A DNA stretch of 64,000 nt from Oceanispirochaeta sp. (GCA_963666275.2 CAXXOA010000001.1:2464001-2528000), one strand, 5' to 3'; shown: positions 1-8,413, numbered from the stretch's first letter. Program-made: numbers and translations. Notes: generated from the sequence alone by a model not told the origin.

Positions 1-570
1 GGTCGGGTTTACCTGGTCAGGCAATGGGAAGAGATCTCCCCCTGAGGTAGTAAATCCCAGAACCGTAACAGAACTATCGAGAAAAAAGAGATATTCCGGC
101 AATTCTTCCTTCTCTATAATAACAGCCAGTCGATCACCTTCCAGTTTATCTGAATGAAATCCCACCCTGTCGGTCCATTCAAAATAGATACTGCCTTCCT
201 GTGCGGGATAGAAAACCAGCTGTCCCAGATGCTGCTCGGAGGAGGAACGGATATCCCCAATGGGAATCTGCCAGAACACAGAGACTCCCAGAGCGGCTGC
301 AGGTACAAGAAGGAGCAGAGGAGAATACAGAGCTGCCAGCCCCCCCGGGATACATGCACTCAAAAGAAAAATCCAGAGATTCACAGAGCTTGAAAATGAA
401 AGATCCTTTAAAAGAAGCCAGAAAATGGAAAGGGATGCAAGCGCCAGAACGGCATAAACCAGAGCTCCTCTGAGCCCCCTCTTCCTGAAAAAGGAAAGAA
501 CCCCTCTGACAAGAAAGGCAGTAGAAAAGAGAATTGTGAAATAGAGCCAGAAAAAGGCATTATCAAGCAT
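1..570 (-). CDS. Hypothetical membrane protein, 3'-truncated by the window edge
   Basis: Not in the ORF track because it has no stop inside the window. Manual translation from ATG 570 (overlapping the carboxypeptidase stop) stays open to base 1: MLDNAFFWLYFTILFSTAFLVRGVLSFF..., with about 4 hydrophobic segments followed by a soluble region. Confidence 0.75.
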   Translation of the reverse strand, partial: MLDNAFFWLYFTILFSTAFLVRGVLSFFRKRGLRGALVYAVLALASLSIFWLLLKDLSFSSSVNLWIFLLSACIPGGLAALYSPLLLLVPAAALGVSVFWQIPIGDIRSSSEQHLGQLVFYPAQEGSIYFEWTDRVGFHSDKLEGDRLAVIIEKEELPEYLFFLDSSVTVLGFTTSGGDLFPLPDQVNPT

Positions 571-2035
571 AGAGATCCCTGGTTTTGGTTCTGAGATATT
601 CAATAAAATACCTGGAGTTCAATCCTTCACCGGAAATATCCCTGACAAGCTCCCCGGGACTTACCATGGCCCCTTTCGCATGGATATGATCTTTCAACCA
701 GAAAAGCAGGGGCGTGAAATTCCCCTTTGCCACATCTTCATTCATGCGGGGAAACTCCTCAAACAGGGTTTTTCTGAACTGGGCGGCATAGAGATTCCCC
801 AAAGCGTAGGTGGGAAAGTATCCCCAGTCTCCCAGAGACCAGTGAATATCCTGAAGAACCCCCTGATTTAAAGTTTTTGGAACCACAGAAAGAAGGGCTT
901 TTGACTCGCTCTTCCATAGTTCGGGCAGGTCCTTAACCCGGGCATCCCCGTTGATGATCATCCTTTCCAGCCGAAATCTCAGAATCACATGCATATTGTA
1001 GGTATATTCATCCGCATCGATCCGGATGAATCCCCGGGAGACTCTATTGGCTTTTCTGTAGAGAGAATCGACGTCCTCCCCGGAAGACTGGTCGGGAAAA
1101 AGAGATTTCACCTGAGGAAGCATATACTCCCAGAAGGCCCTGGATCTTCCTATGCAATTTTCCCAGAACCGGGACTGGGACTCATGAATCCCCAGAGAAC
1201 AGGCCTGTCCGTTGACACTCCTCTTCCATAAATGAGGAAGATTCTGCTCATAAAGCCCATGACCGGCTTCATGAATGGTACTGAATAGTCCATTGAGAAA
1301 ATCCCGGGGATCAAGATGGGTAGTAATCCGTATATCCCGGGGCCCCAGTGTGGTCGTAAAGGGATGGACGGAAAAATCCAACCGCCCTTTTTTCAGATCA
1401 TACCCCATGGCCTCAAGGAGTCGCATATGAAGTTCTTTCTGCCTGGTGGTATCAAACTCAGAAACCTGAGAACCCTCGTCTCCCTGTTTTTCAAGGATAT
1501 CATCTATAAGGGGATTCAGCTCTTTCTGAAGGGGATTGAAAATCCCCTCCAGTGTTTCTGCATTCATACCGGGTTCATAAAGATCCAGGAGGGCATCATA
1601 GGGCTCCTTTTCATACCCCAGAAACTCTGCCCTTTCACGGGATAAAGCGACAACCTTTTCAAGATGGGGAAGGAACAGGGAAAAATCCTCATCCCTCCGG
1701 GCTTTCTGCCAGGCATCCCGGGAGAGAGATGCAGCCCTGACGAACTCGGACATGAACTCCCGGGGGAGGCAGCTGTTAATGCGGTATCTTCTGTAAAGAT
1801 TCTTTTTCCAGACCTTTTGATCCCCGCTGCTGCCGAGTTTATCGATCAGATCCTCCCACCGGGGATCAGAGAGCCGATCGGACAGCTCCTGCTGCACCCA
1901 GGCCATCTGATCAGAACGGTCTTCCAGAGCCTCTTCAGGCATCCCGGTCTCCTGGTCCCAGCTGAGCAGTGCCAGGATTTCTTCAAGACGGTATATGTCT
2001 TCTTCTTTTCTGCGGATATCTTCCAGTAAAGCCAT
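563..2035 (-). CDS. Carboxypeptidase M32 (Taq-like metallocarboxypeptidase)
   Basis: Motifs LSWDQET, HPF, DIRITT, HEAGH (HEXXH), HESQSRFWEN, IRIDADE, GVLQDIHW and GYFPTYALG. Start moved to ATG 2035, which follows an AAGGAG SD. Confidence 0.95.
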   Translation of the reverse strand: MALLEDIRRKEEDIYRLEEILALLSWDQETGMPEEALEDRSDQMAWVQQELSDRLSDPRWEDLIDKLGSSGDQKVWKKNLYRRYRINSCLPREFMSEFVRAASLSRDAWQKARRDEDFSLFLPHLEKVVALSRERAEFLGYEKEPYDALLDLYEPGMNAETLEGIFNPLQKELNPLIDDILEKQGDEGSQVSEFDTTRQKELHMRLLEAMGYDLKKGRLDFSVHPFTTTLGPRDIRITTHLDPRDFLNGLFSTIHEAGHGLYEQNLPHLWKRSVNGQACSLGIHESQSRFWENCIGRSRAFWEYMLPQVKSLFPDQSSGEDVDSLYRKANRVSRGFIRIDADEYTYNMHVILRFRLERMIINGDARVKDLPELWKSESKALLSVVPKTLNQGVLQDIHWSLGDWGYFPTYALGNLYAAQFRKTLFEEFPRMNEDVAKGNFTPLLFWLKDHIHAKGAMVSPGELVRDISGEGLNSRYFIEYLRTKTRDLYA

Positions 2036-2107
2036 TTTCAGAACTCCTTCGTATTTTTCGGGGAAGGGAACAGTTTTATTATCGAACAAAACAGGTGGTC
2101 CCGGAAG

Positions 2108-2135
2108 AAAAAAAAGGACCCCGCAGGGTCCTTTC
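2108..2135 (-). terminator. Intrinsic terminator after thrS
   Basis: Minus strand reads AAAGGACCC-TGCG-GGGTCCTTT followed by a T-run. Confidence 0.8.
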
Positions 2136-2155
2136 ATAATAGACAATGTCCTGTA

Positions 2156-3910
2156 TCAGGGCATTTCCTTCTTTTCAATTTTCTCCTGAATCATGGAAAC
2201 AGCATCAGCCAGGGCGACACCATTTTTCTGTTCACCTGTCCTCACTCTGATGCTGACGGCTTTTTCGTTCATCTCTTTTTCACCGACAACAAGCATGTAG
2301 GGGATCTTCTGATTCTGGGCATTCCGGATTTTGGCGTTCATCCTGTCGTCGGAATAGTCTCCTTCCACAAGGATATCAGCCATACGCAGAGATTTTTCCA
2401 CCTCTTTGGCATATTCATCGAATTTATTGCTCACAGGAATCACTTTCACCTGTACAGGCGAGAGCCATACAGGGAAAGCTCCACCGTAGTTTTCAATAAG
2501 AACACCGAAAAAGCGCTCAATAGATCCCAGCAGAGCCCTGTGGATCACATAGGGTTTCTTCTCCACCCCGTCCTTGTCCACAAAGGTCATATTGAATCTG
2601 TCGGGAAGGTTAAAGTCGAACTGTACAGTGGAGAGCTGCCACTCCCGTCCCATGGTATCTTTCACTTTCAGGTCGATTTTGGGACCGTAGAAAGCGCCGC
2701 CGCCCTCGTCAATTTTATATTCCAGCCCTTCCGCTTCAATCGCCTTCCGGAGGGACTCGGTTGCCGCATCCCAGCGGTCTTTCTCTCCCACGCTCTTTTC
2801 GGGCATGGTGGAAAGGTAGGCGGAAATGTTTTCAAAACCGAAGGATCTGAGCATAAACAGGGAGAATCTGAGAACTTCCAGAATTTCATCCTGCATCTGA
2901 TCGGGAGTACAGATAAGGTGGGCATCATCCTGGGTAAAACCTCTCACCCGGAGAAGTCCGTGAAGGGTTCCGGACCGTTCGTAGCGGTAAACGGTTCCCA
3001 GTTCGGCCCATCTGAAGGGAAGGTCCCTGTAGGAGTGTTTGCCGTTGTTATAGATCATAATATGGAAGGGGCAGTTCATAGGTTTGGTATAATAGTCTGC
3101 ATTATCCATCACCATATTAGGATACATACCCTCTTTGTAGAAATCCAGATGGCCTGAAGTTTCCCAGAGCCAGGATTTTCCCACATGGGGAGTAAAGACC
3201 ATATCGTAACCGTTTTTATAGTGCTGTTTTCTCCAGAAATCCTCTATGGTGACACGGATTCTGGCGCCTTTGGGATGCCAGTAAACCAGACCGGGACCGG
3301 CTTCTTCATGCAGGGAGAAGAGATCCAGCTCTTTCCCGACCCTTCTATGGTCCCTTTTTTCCATCTCTTCCAGATGTTCCAGATGGGCTTTCAGGGCTTT
3401 TCCGTCACCGAAAGCAGTGGCATAGATCCTCTGCAGCATGGGACGTTTTTCATCGCCCCTCCAGTAGGCGCCCGCAATAGAAAGGAGCTTGAAGCCCTGG
3501 GCATTGAGCCGGCTTGTATCTTCCACATGGGGTCCCCGGCAGAGGTCTACAAAAAGGTCTCCCATTTTAAAAATAGAGATTTCCTCATTCTCGGACAGCT
3601 CTTTGATAAGCTCAACCTTATAGGGCTGATCTTTAAACATCTCAAGAGCCTGGTCTCGGGTGAGGACCTCTTTTTCAAAGGGGACATTCTCTTTGATGAT
3701 CTCTTTCATTCCCTCTTCAATGGTTTCCAGGTCCTCATTGGTCAGCTTCCGGGGAAGATCAAAATCGTAATAAAAACCGTTTTCAATGGCCGGTCCAATG
3801 GCGAATTTGGCTTCAGGCATCAGTTTCAGGACTGCTCCGGCCATAACATGAGCCATGGAGTGTCTCATCCGGTTCAGTTTTTCCTGTTTTTTCTGTTCTT
3901 TACTGATCAT
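2156..3910 (-). CDS. thrS: Threonine--tRNA ligase (no N-terminal TGS domain)
   Basis: Editing-domain motifs RHSMAH and DLCRGPH, then GAYWRGD, RDHRRVG, KPMNCP, RVRGFTQDDAH, FYGPKID and HRALLGSIERF. ATG 3910 follows GGAGG. Confidence 0.98.
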   Translation of the reverse strand: MISKEQKKQEKLNRMRHSMAHVMAGAVLKLMPEAKFAIGPAIENGFYYDFDLPRKLTNEDLETIEEGMKEIIKENVPFEKEVLTRDQALEMFKDQPYKVELIKELSENEEISIFKMGDLFVDLCRGPHVEDTSRLNAQGFKLLSIAGAYWRGDEKRPMLQRIYATAFGDGKALKAHLEHLEEMEKRDHRRVGKELDLFSLHEEAGPGLVYWHPKGARIRVTIEDFWRKQHYKNGYDMVFTPHVGKSWLWETSGHLDFYKEGMYPNMVMDNADYYTKPMNCPFHIMIYNNGKHSYRDLPFRWAELGTVYRYERSGTLHGLLRVRGFTQDDAHLICTPDQMQDEILEVLRFSLFMLRSFGFENISAYLSTMPEKSVGEKDRWDAATESLRKAIEAEGLEYKIDEGGGAFYGPKIDLKVKDTMGREWQLSTVQFDFNLPDRFNMTFVDKDGVEKKPYVIHRALLGSIERFFGVLIENYGGAFPVWLSPVQVKVIPVSNKFDEYAKEVEKSLRMADILVEGDYSDDRMNAKIRNAQNQKIPYMLVVGEKEMNEKAVSIRVRTGEQKNGVALADAVSMIQEKIEKKEMP

Positions 3911-3937
3911 TATTGTACCTCCAGACAGGGACGGCAT

Positions 3938-4240
3938 AAAAAAACCCTTTTATTCGCCGTCCTGCTACTAAAAATTTCTTTCAGCATAAGGACGAAGAAC
4001 AAAAGGGTTCTCCGCGGTACCACCTTACTTCACCGCCGCCAGTTTATGGTGCAGGCAGTGCGCTCAGCTCTCCATTAACGCAGGATATCGTCTCCGTCTA
4101 CCGGGCTTTTTCCTTGAAAAACGCCTTTCGGGGAGCAGCTCGGGAGGGGTTTTCCCTGTTCTTACGCCGGCAGCCTTCCAGCCAGTGGACCGCCTCTCTG
4201 GTGACGCAGGGGACAGATACTCGTCTCCGTTATCGCTTTG
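3938..4240 (-). promoter_or_regulatory. T-box riboswitch leader, Thr specifier ACC
   Basis: Minus strand: stem I with GA motif, AGTA S-turn, AGAGA AG-box, GGCTGGAAG distal loop and GAAA-ACC-C specifier (ACC at 4150-4148). A stem IIA/B-like GCGTTA follows, then the T-box AAGGTGGTACCGCGG (4027-4013) and a terminator stem ending in a T-run before the thrS SD. Confidence 0.92.
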
Positions 4241-4246
4241 TTAGTA

Positions 4247-4275
4247 AATATGATAAAACGATTGGGAAATGTCAA
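4247..4275 (-). promoter_or_regulatory. Sigma70-type promoter of the T-box/thrS transcript
   Basis: TTGACA-N17-CATATT immediately upstream of stem I. Confidence 0.6.
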
Positions 4276-4307
4276 CTGTCATACAGCCGACAATACCCAT
4301 TCCCAGG

Positions 4308-4934
4308 TCAGCCACTCAATAATTTTCCAGCTAACTCGGAAATCCGGTCTCGAACATGATGCCAGGTCCAGCCATTGAGATATTGCGGATCCGGTTCCTG
4401 TTCGGCATCATCAAACCAGTTCAGACTCCGTATGGCCAGGAATCTACCGGCATCGCCGTATTTTTGACAGAAATACTCCAGGCTTTTTTCCAGCGAGAGA
4501 CCCTGTTCATACAAAAGGAGGAGATCACTAAAATCTTTTTTTGAACCTCTATTTGTTACTGCATTTACCTTCATGGCAGCCATATCGGGAATAGAAACAC
4601 AGGGAAAACTGATCTTCTTTTCTGATTCTGCCAAAATTGGATAGGCATGAAATAGAATATCAATTTTGACCCCGTCTATAACAAAACAGAGAGAACCTGA
4701 AGTTCTGTTCAGAAGTTGAGCTTCAGTAAAAACCGTAGAAATTTCGTTCTGAATTATTAAAGAATCAAATGGCTGATGAGAGAATAGGTCTATATCTATT
4801 GATTTTCGGTGGCCGAATTGCAGTGCCAGCGATGTGCCGTCTCCGAGAGAGAAAGCGGAAAGGGATTCAATTTCTGATAATTCCTCAAGGAGATTCAGCA
4901 ATACCTGTGATACTGTTTTGGTGTATACTTTCAT
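4308..4934 (-). CDS. AbiEii/AbiGii-family nucleotidyltransferase (type IV TA toxin-like)
   Basis: LGDGTSLAL-QFGHRKSIDIDLF, IAAMK-like MAAMKVNA, RGSKKDFSD. Has an ATGA overlap with the upstream small gene. Confidence 0.85.
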   Translation of the reverse strand: MKVYTKTVSQVLLNLLEELSEIESLSAFSLGDGTSLALQFGHRKSIDIDLFSHQPFDSLIIQNEISTVFTEAQLLNRTSGSLCFVIDGVKIDILFHAYPILAESEKKISFPCVSIPDMAAMKVNAVTNRGSKKDFSDLLLLYEQGLSLEKSLEYFCQKYGDAGRFLAIRSLNWFDDAEQEPDPQYLNGWTWHHVRDRISELAGKLLSG

Positions 4935-5167
4935 GAGTTACAGTATAGAGACAGAAAATTTGCAGCCTTTTTATCAAGTTTTAAAGCAGGCCTGATAGAA
5001 TTCAGCTGATTCTTTCCGTAATAGTCACGAATAAGCAGCCAGTCCTCCCAACGCCCCCTTTGCAAAACACGTTCAATTATCCATCGAGAATGGTCTTTCA
5101 TATTTATTTGTTCTCTATCAACATCCCAGAACAGGTCCGGCGATAGATGCAAAATAATCTCGTTCAT
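4931..5167 (-). CDS. DUF6922-like small protein, putative antitoxin partner
   Basis: LFWDVD...WIIERVLQRGRWEDW signature, translationally coupled to the AbiEii-like gene. Confidence 0.75.
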   Translation of the reverse strand: MNEIILHLSPDLFWDVDREQINMKDHSRWIIERVLQRGRWEDWLLIRDYYGKNQLNSIRPALKLDKKAANFLSLYCNS

Positions 5168-5174
5168 AAAATTA

Positions 5175-5203
5175 ATTATATATTGGTGTCGCCGATATCA
5201 CAA
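5175..5203 (-). promoter_or_regulatory. Promoter (leaderless geometry) overlapped by an imperfect palindrome
   Basis: TTGTGA-N17-TATAAT-N7-ATG with no SD. The imperfect palindrome ATTGTGATATCGGCGACACCAAT covers the -35 box and spacer. Confidence 0.6.
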
Positions 5204-5254
5204 TAGACTAAAACCAGAGAAGCTGTGACGGGATTCAGACCTCATACCTAGACC

Positions 5255-5326
5255 TCAGTCCCTAAATGAACAAAGAATCAGAACTCCTGCGACAACAAGT
5301 ACTAACAGAACCGATTTTTGTTTCAT
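5255..5326 (-). pseudogene. Remnant 5' end (signal peptide only) of a third lipoprotein paralogue
   Basis: MKQKSVLLVLVVAGVLILCSFRD* resembles the signal peptides of 5366-5881 and 5902-6421 (shared DNA TGTTAGTACTTG...CGCAGGAGTT) and has a similar AAGGAT SD. Confidence 0.6.
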
Positions 5327-5365
5327 ATTATTTTACATCCTTATATTTAATTTAATAAAATGGTT

Positions 5366-5881
5366 TCAATAATATGTGACTTCTATTGATTCAGTTGCGA
5401 ATCGGACCTTTGCCCAAATGTATGGATCTATATCTGATCCCATGACTTCCTCTATCTCATCTGATTTCCAGTAAAAGATCGTGCTTGTATCAATAGAAAT
5501 AGATGGTAAAATATTTGAATCGATAGGCGTAGAGACTGTTAACGAGACCTCCCCCCCTCCGTCAAAATACATATGTTCCTCAATAATCTGATACGACTGA
5601 TTTAAAGGCTTACCATCTACAAATATCAGATCTGATAACTTGACTGGTTGAGTCATATCAAAATCATAAAAATATTCATCAGAAGAATCTTTTTTTAAAT
5701 CAGTTGTATCAATATAATTTACATAAACAGATAAATCATATCCAACGGAAGTAACACTAGTAACATTCCACTCAATAATCTCCAATTCGTCCTCACTGGG
5801 ATAATCAAACTGTTGACAACTCAGAGTTAAAACTCCTGCGATAGCAAGTACTAACAGGTATCGGACCTTTTTACAGATCAT
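5366..5881 (-). CDS. Hypothetical lipoprotein (paralogue B, intact)
   Basis: Signal peptide with lipobox LTLSC; highly similar to 5902-6421. Confidence 0.8.
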   Translation of the reverse strand: MICKKVRYLLVLAIAGVLTLSCQQFDYPSEDELEIIEWNVTSVTSVGYDLSVYVNYIDTTDLKKDSSDEYFYDFDMTQPVKLSDLIFVDGKPLNQSYQIIEEHMYFDGGGEVSLTVSTPIDSNILPSISIDTSTIFYWKSDEIEEVMGSDIDPYIWAKVRFATESIEVTYY

Positions 5882-5901
5882 TTTTTATCCTTATTTTTTA
5901 T

Positions 5902-6421
5902 TTAATATGTGATTTCAAGTGATTCTGTTACAATTCGGACTTTTGCCCAGATATATGGATCTATATCGGGACTCCCAAATTCAGAGATTGCATATGATTT
6001 CCAATAGAAAATTGTATTTGTATCAAAATAAATAGATGTTACTGTAGCGGAATCCAAAGGAGTTGATGCATTGAGCGCCATCCACCCCCCCCCCGCTTGA
6101 TTGCATATATTCTTCATCAATCTGATAGGATTGGTTTAGAGGTTTGCCATCTACCAATACAAGATCCGACAACTTGACCGGTTGAGTCATTTCAAAATCA
6201 TAAAAATATTCATCTGATGCGTCTTTTTTAAGATCAGTCGTATTAGTATAATGAACAGTTACAACCAGACCGAGATGATCCGATGTCGTGTAAGCTTCAG
6301 TAACATTCCACTCAATAAGCTCCAATTCATCCTCACTGGGATAATCAAACTGTTGACAACTAAGAGTTAAAACTCCAGCGATAACAAGTACTAACAGGTA
6401 TCGGACCTTTCTGAATATCAT
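5902..6421 (-). pseudogene. Hypothetical lipoprotein (paralogue A), frameshifted at a G10 tract
   Basis: ORFs 6023-6421 and 5902-6120 match the N- and C-terminal parts of paralogue B. Removing one base from the C10 run at 6085-6094 gives one 172-aa ORF. Confidence 0.85.
6085..6094 (-). repeat. Homopolymer G10 (possible phase-variation tract)
   Basis: C10 on the + strand, exactly at the frameshift position. Confidence 0.85.
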
Positions 6422-6901
6422 AGTTTTCCCCTTTTCAATCTATTCTTAATTATATCCCATTAAAACAAAAACAGAATTTTCTGACACAATCTCCGGAAGT
6501 GATTTATTTTCAAAACCACGACAAAACGAGTAACCGCTATTGCTCAGGCCAAATGGTAAAGCAAGAATTCCAGATTGCTTTCAAACAATCACTTCGGCTT
6601 GCCATACAGAGAGACCTCTGACAGGATAATATAAATATCTAAACTAAAACAAATGTGACTTTTTTGAATGGAAGATTATTTTTAATTTTAAACATGATTG
6701 CAAGTTTAATTATTATTGTCAATAAAAATCCAGATAATGAAGGTATTTCAGAAATCTTCGTATCCTTTGGGGCCTTAATCATAAGAAATTCTTATTCTGT
6801 TACTTAAGTATTGACTGTTAGTAAGCAGTAGAAGAGATCAATCAAGTATCTGAGTGAACTCCCCTCCACCAAGATAAGTGTGTGAGCAGAATCATCCAAG
6901 T

Positions 6902-7159
6902 TTAGTAATGATCTTTACAGGATGCAATATAAATGCAGTTTTCATCCACTTTGTAGATAATGTGATGTTCGTCGTTTATGCGTCGACTCCAATATCCGCT
7001 CAAATTATATTTAAGAGCTTCAGGTTTACCGATACCATCTGCATATCCATCCCGTTCTATGCTTTTAATAAGGTTATTGATGCGTTTTATTTTCGTTTTA
7101 TCGTTATGCTGCCAATATAAGTAGTCGTTCCAGGCATCATCAGAGAAGAATTTATTCAC
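6902..7159 (-). CDS. yoeB: Txe/YoeB family toxin
   Basis: AWNDYLYWQ, GIGKPEALKYNLSGYWSRRINDEH and C-terminal HY. GTG start overlaps the antitoxin stop. Confidence 0.93.
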   Translation of the reverse strand: MNKFFSDDAWNDYLYWQHNDKTKIKRINNLIKSIERDGYADGIGKPEALKYNLSGYWSRRINDEHHIIYKVDENCIYIASCKDHY

Positions 7160-7406
7160 CCAGCAGTTCTCTATCAGTAGATTTCCCCTGCTCGATCAGA
7201 TCAATACCGGTTTTAATTTTACTGTAGATTTCGGGATTACTGAATATGCGGAAATTTTCCATCATGTTGTTATATTCTTCTTCAGACATGAGAACAACAT
7301 TTTCACCCCGTGTTCGAGTAATGATAACTGATTCCACATCGTTAATCACTTTATCGCAGACTTCTTTGAAGTGACTCCGTACCTGAGAACTTGAAATGGC
7401 TATCAT
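7152..7406 (-). CDS. yefM: Phd/YefM family antitoxin
   Basis: SQVRSHFKEVCDKV..VIITR..ENVVLMSEEEYN. ATG 7406 follows AGGAGG. Confidence 0.9.
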   Translation of the reverse strand: MIAISSSQVRSHFKEVCDKVINDVESVIITRTRGENVVLMSEEEYNNMMENFRIFSNPEIYSKIKTGIDLIEQGKSTDRELLGE

Positions 7407-7430
7407 ATATATCACCTCCTGACACTTAAG

Positions 7431-7450
7431 ATTGTACAATATATCGTACT
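7431..7450. promoter_or_regulatory. YefM-type operator
   Basis: Perfect palindrome ATTGTACAAT plus a second core CGTACT 12 bp away, just upstream of the yefM SD. Confidence 0.7.
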
Positions 7451-7507
7451 AATAATAAAGATAATCTATTATCTACTACAACAATTTCTTACATTCTGCT
7501 TCAAAAC

Positions 7508-7760
7508 TTACTCAAAATCCCGGATTTCCAGGAGCTGAATTTTCAGACCCCGGATCTCCTTCTCTCAGAACGTGTCGGAACCCCAGTCGGGAAAGTTGTG
7601 GCAGAATTTGAATTCCTTTTTCTGACGGCCGCACCAGGCCTGGTAGTAAACCATCCTCATGGCTCGGAGAGGTTCAATCTGTCTCATACCATCGGGAGAG
7701 ATAAAACGAAGCGTCAGATAGCCATTAGGAAACAGACAGAACTCTTGGCGATACTGGTAT
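7508..7760 (-). pseudogene. Degenerate duplicate of the 3' end of the srkA-like kinase
   Basis: Encodes IEPLRAMRMVYYQAWCGRQKKEFKFCHNFPDWGSDTF*EKEIRGLKIQLLEIRDFE* versus the kinase's IEPLRAMRMVYYLAWCGRQKEDFKFRHNFPDWGSDAFWEKEIRDLENQLQEIRDSE*. Contains a TGG>TGA nonsense change. Confidence 0.92.
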
Positions 7761-7770
7761 CTGACAGAAA

Positions 7771-7799
7771 TTGATAATTTATTGCCGTGATGATATAAT
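7771..7799 (+). promoter_or_regulatory. Sigma70 promoter with extended -10
   Basis: TTGATA-N17-TATAAT with TGn before the -10 box. Confidence 0.7.
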
Positions 7800-7830
7800 A
7801 TTACGTACAATAAAGGATGGGAGCAGTAAA

Positions 7831-8004
7831 ATGGATTTTTCTATAAAAGTTGAAAAACTGCATCACGAAAGCGATAAGTCAGATTTTGTAGCAGATCCTC
7901 AGCAGGCTCTTGATACCGTTGAGATCCTACGCCTTCAAGCAGGAAAGTTTTTATATGAATACCCAACCAGATTTCGAAGAGTTATTGAGGTTATTAGAAA
8001 ATAA
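7831..8004 (+). CDS. Small hypothetical protein coupled to a nucleotidyltransferase
   Basis: 57 aa from ATG 7831 (GGGAG SD), ending VEILRLQ...PTRFRRVIEVIRK; overlaps the next gene. Confidence 0.65.
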   Translation: MDFSIKVEKLHHESDKSDFVADPQQALDTVEILRLQAGKFLYEYPTRFRRVIEVIRK

Positions 8005-8413
8005 TAAAGTAGCTTATATGATCGTCGGTGGGTATGCTGTAGCATTTTATGGATATCCCCGTTTTACAAAAGACATTGATATCTTTTTTCAATATGATCT
8101 GGATAATATCAAAAAGCTGAAAGATGCTTTATGCTCATTTGGTTTTAATCGTCAACAACTACCAGATTCTCTTTTTACAGAAAAAGGCAATATTATCAAA
8201 TTCGGAATTGAACCAATCAGAATTGATCTTCTGAATGAAATCGACGGTGTTCTATTTGATGATGTTAAAAATAGAACAAAACGAGGTAAATACGGTTCTG
8301 TAGAAGTTTCTTTTATTGGAAAAGATGATCTTATCAGGAATAAAAGAGCCTCTGCCCGATCACAGGATATTGCGGATATAGAGAAACTGGAACAGGATAA
8401 CTCAGTAAAATGA
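7955..8413 (+). CDS. Pol-beta superfamily nucleotidyltransferase (DUF6036-like)
   Basis: YMIVGGYAVAFYGYPRFTKDIDIF (GG...DxD), RIDLL, DLIRNKRASARSQDIADIEKL. Confidence 0.85.
   Translation: MNTQPDFEELLRLLENNKVAYMIVGGYAVAFYGYPRFTKDIDIFFQYDLDNIKKLKDALCSFGFNRQQLPDSLFTEKGNIIKFGIEPIRIDLLNEIDGVLFDDVKNRTKRGKYGSVEVSFIGKDDLIRNKRASARSQDIADIEKLEQDNSVK

Noticed and set aside
2156..3910. ThrRS lacking the TGS domain as a truncation or pseudogene
   Set aside because: It has a good SD and T-box directly upstream and intact editing and catalytic domains; short ThrRS forms are known.
7565..7810. 81-aa ORF as an independent gene
   Set aside because: It is the degenerate kinase 3'-end duplicate read from a chance ATG and ending at a nonsense codon.
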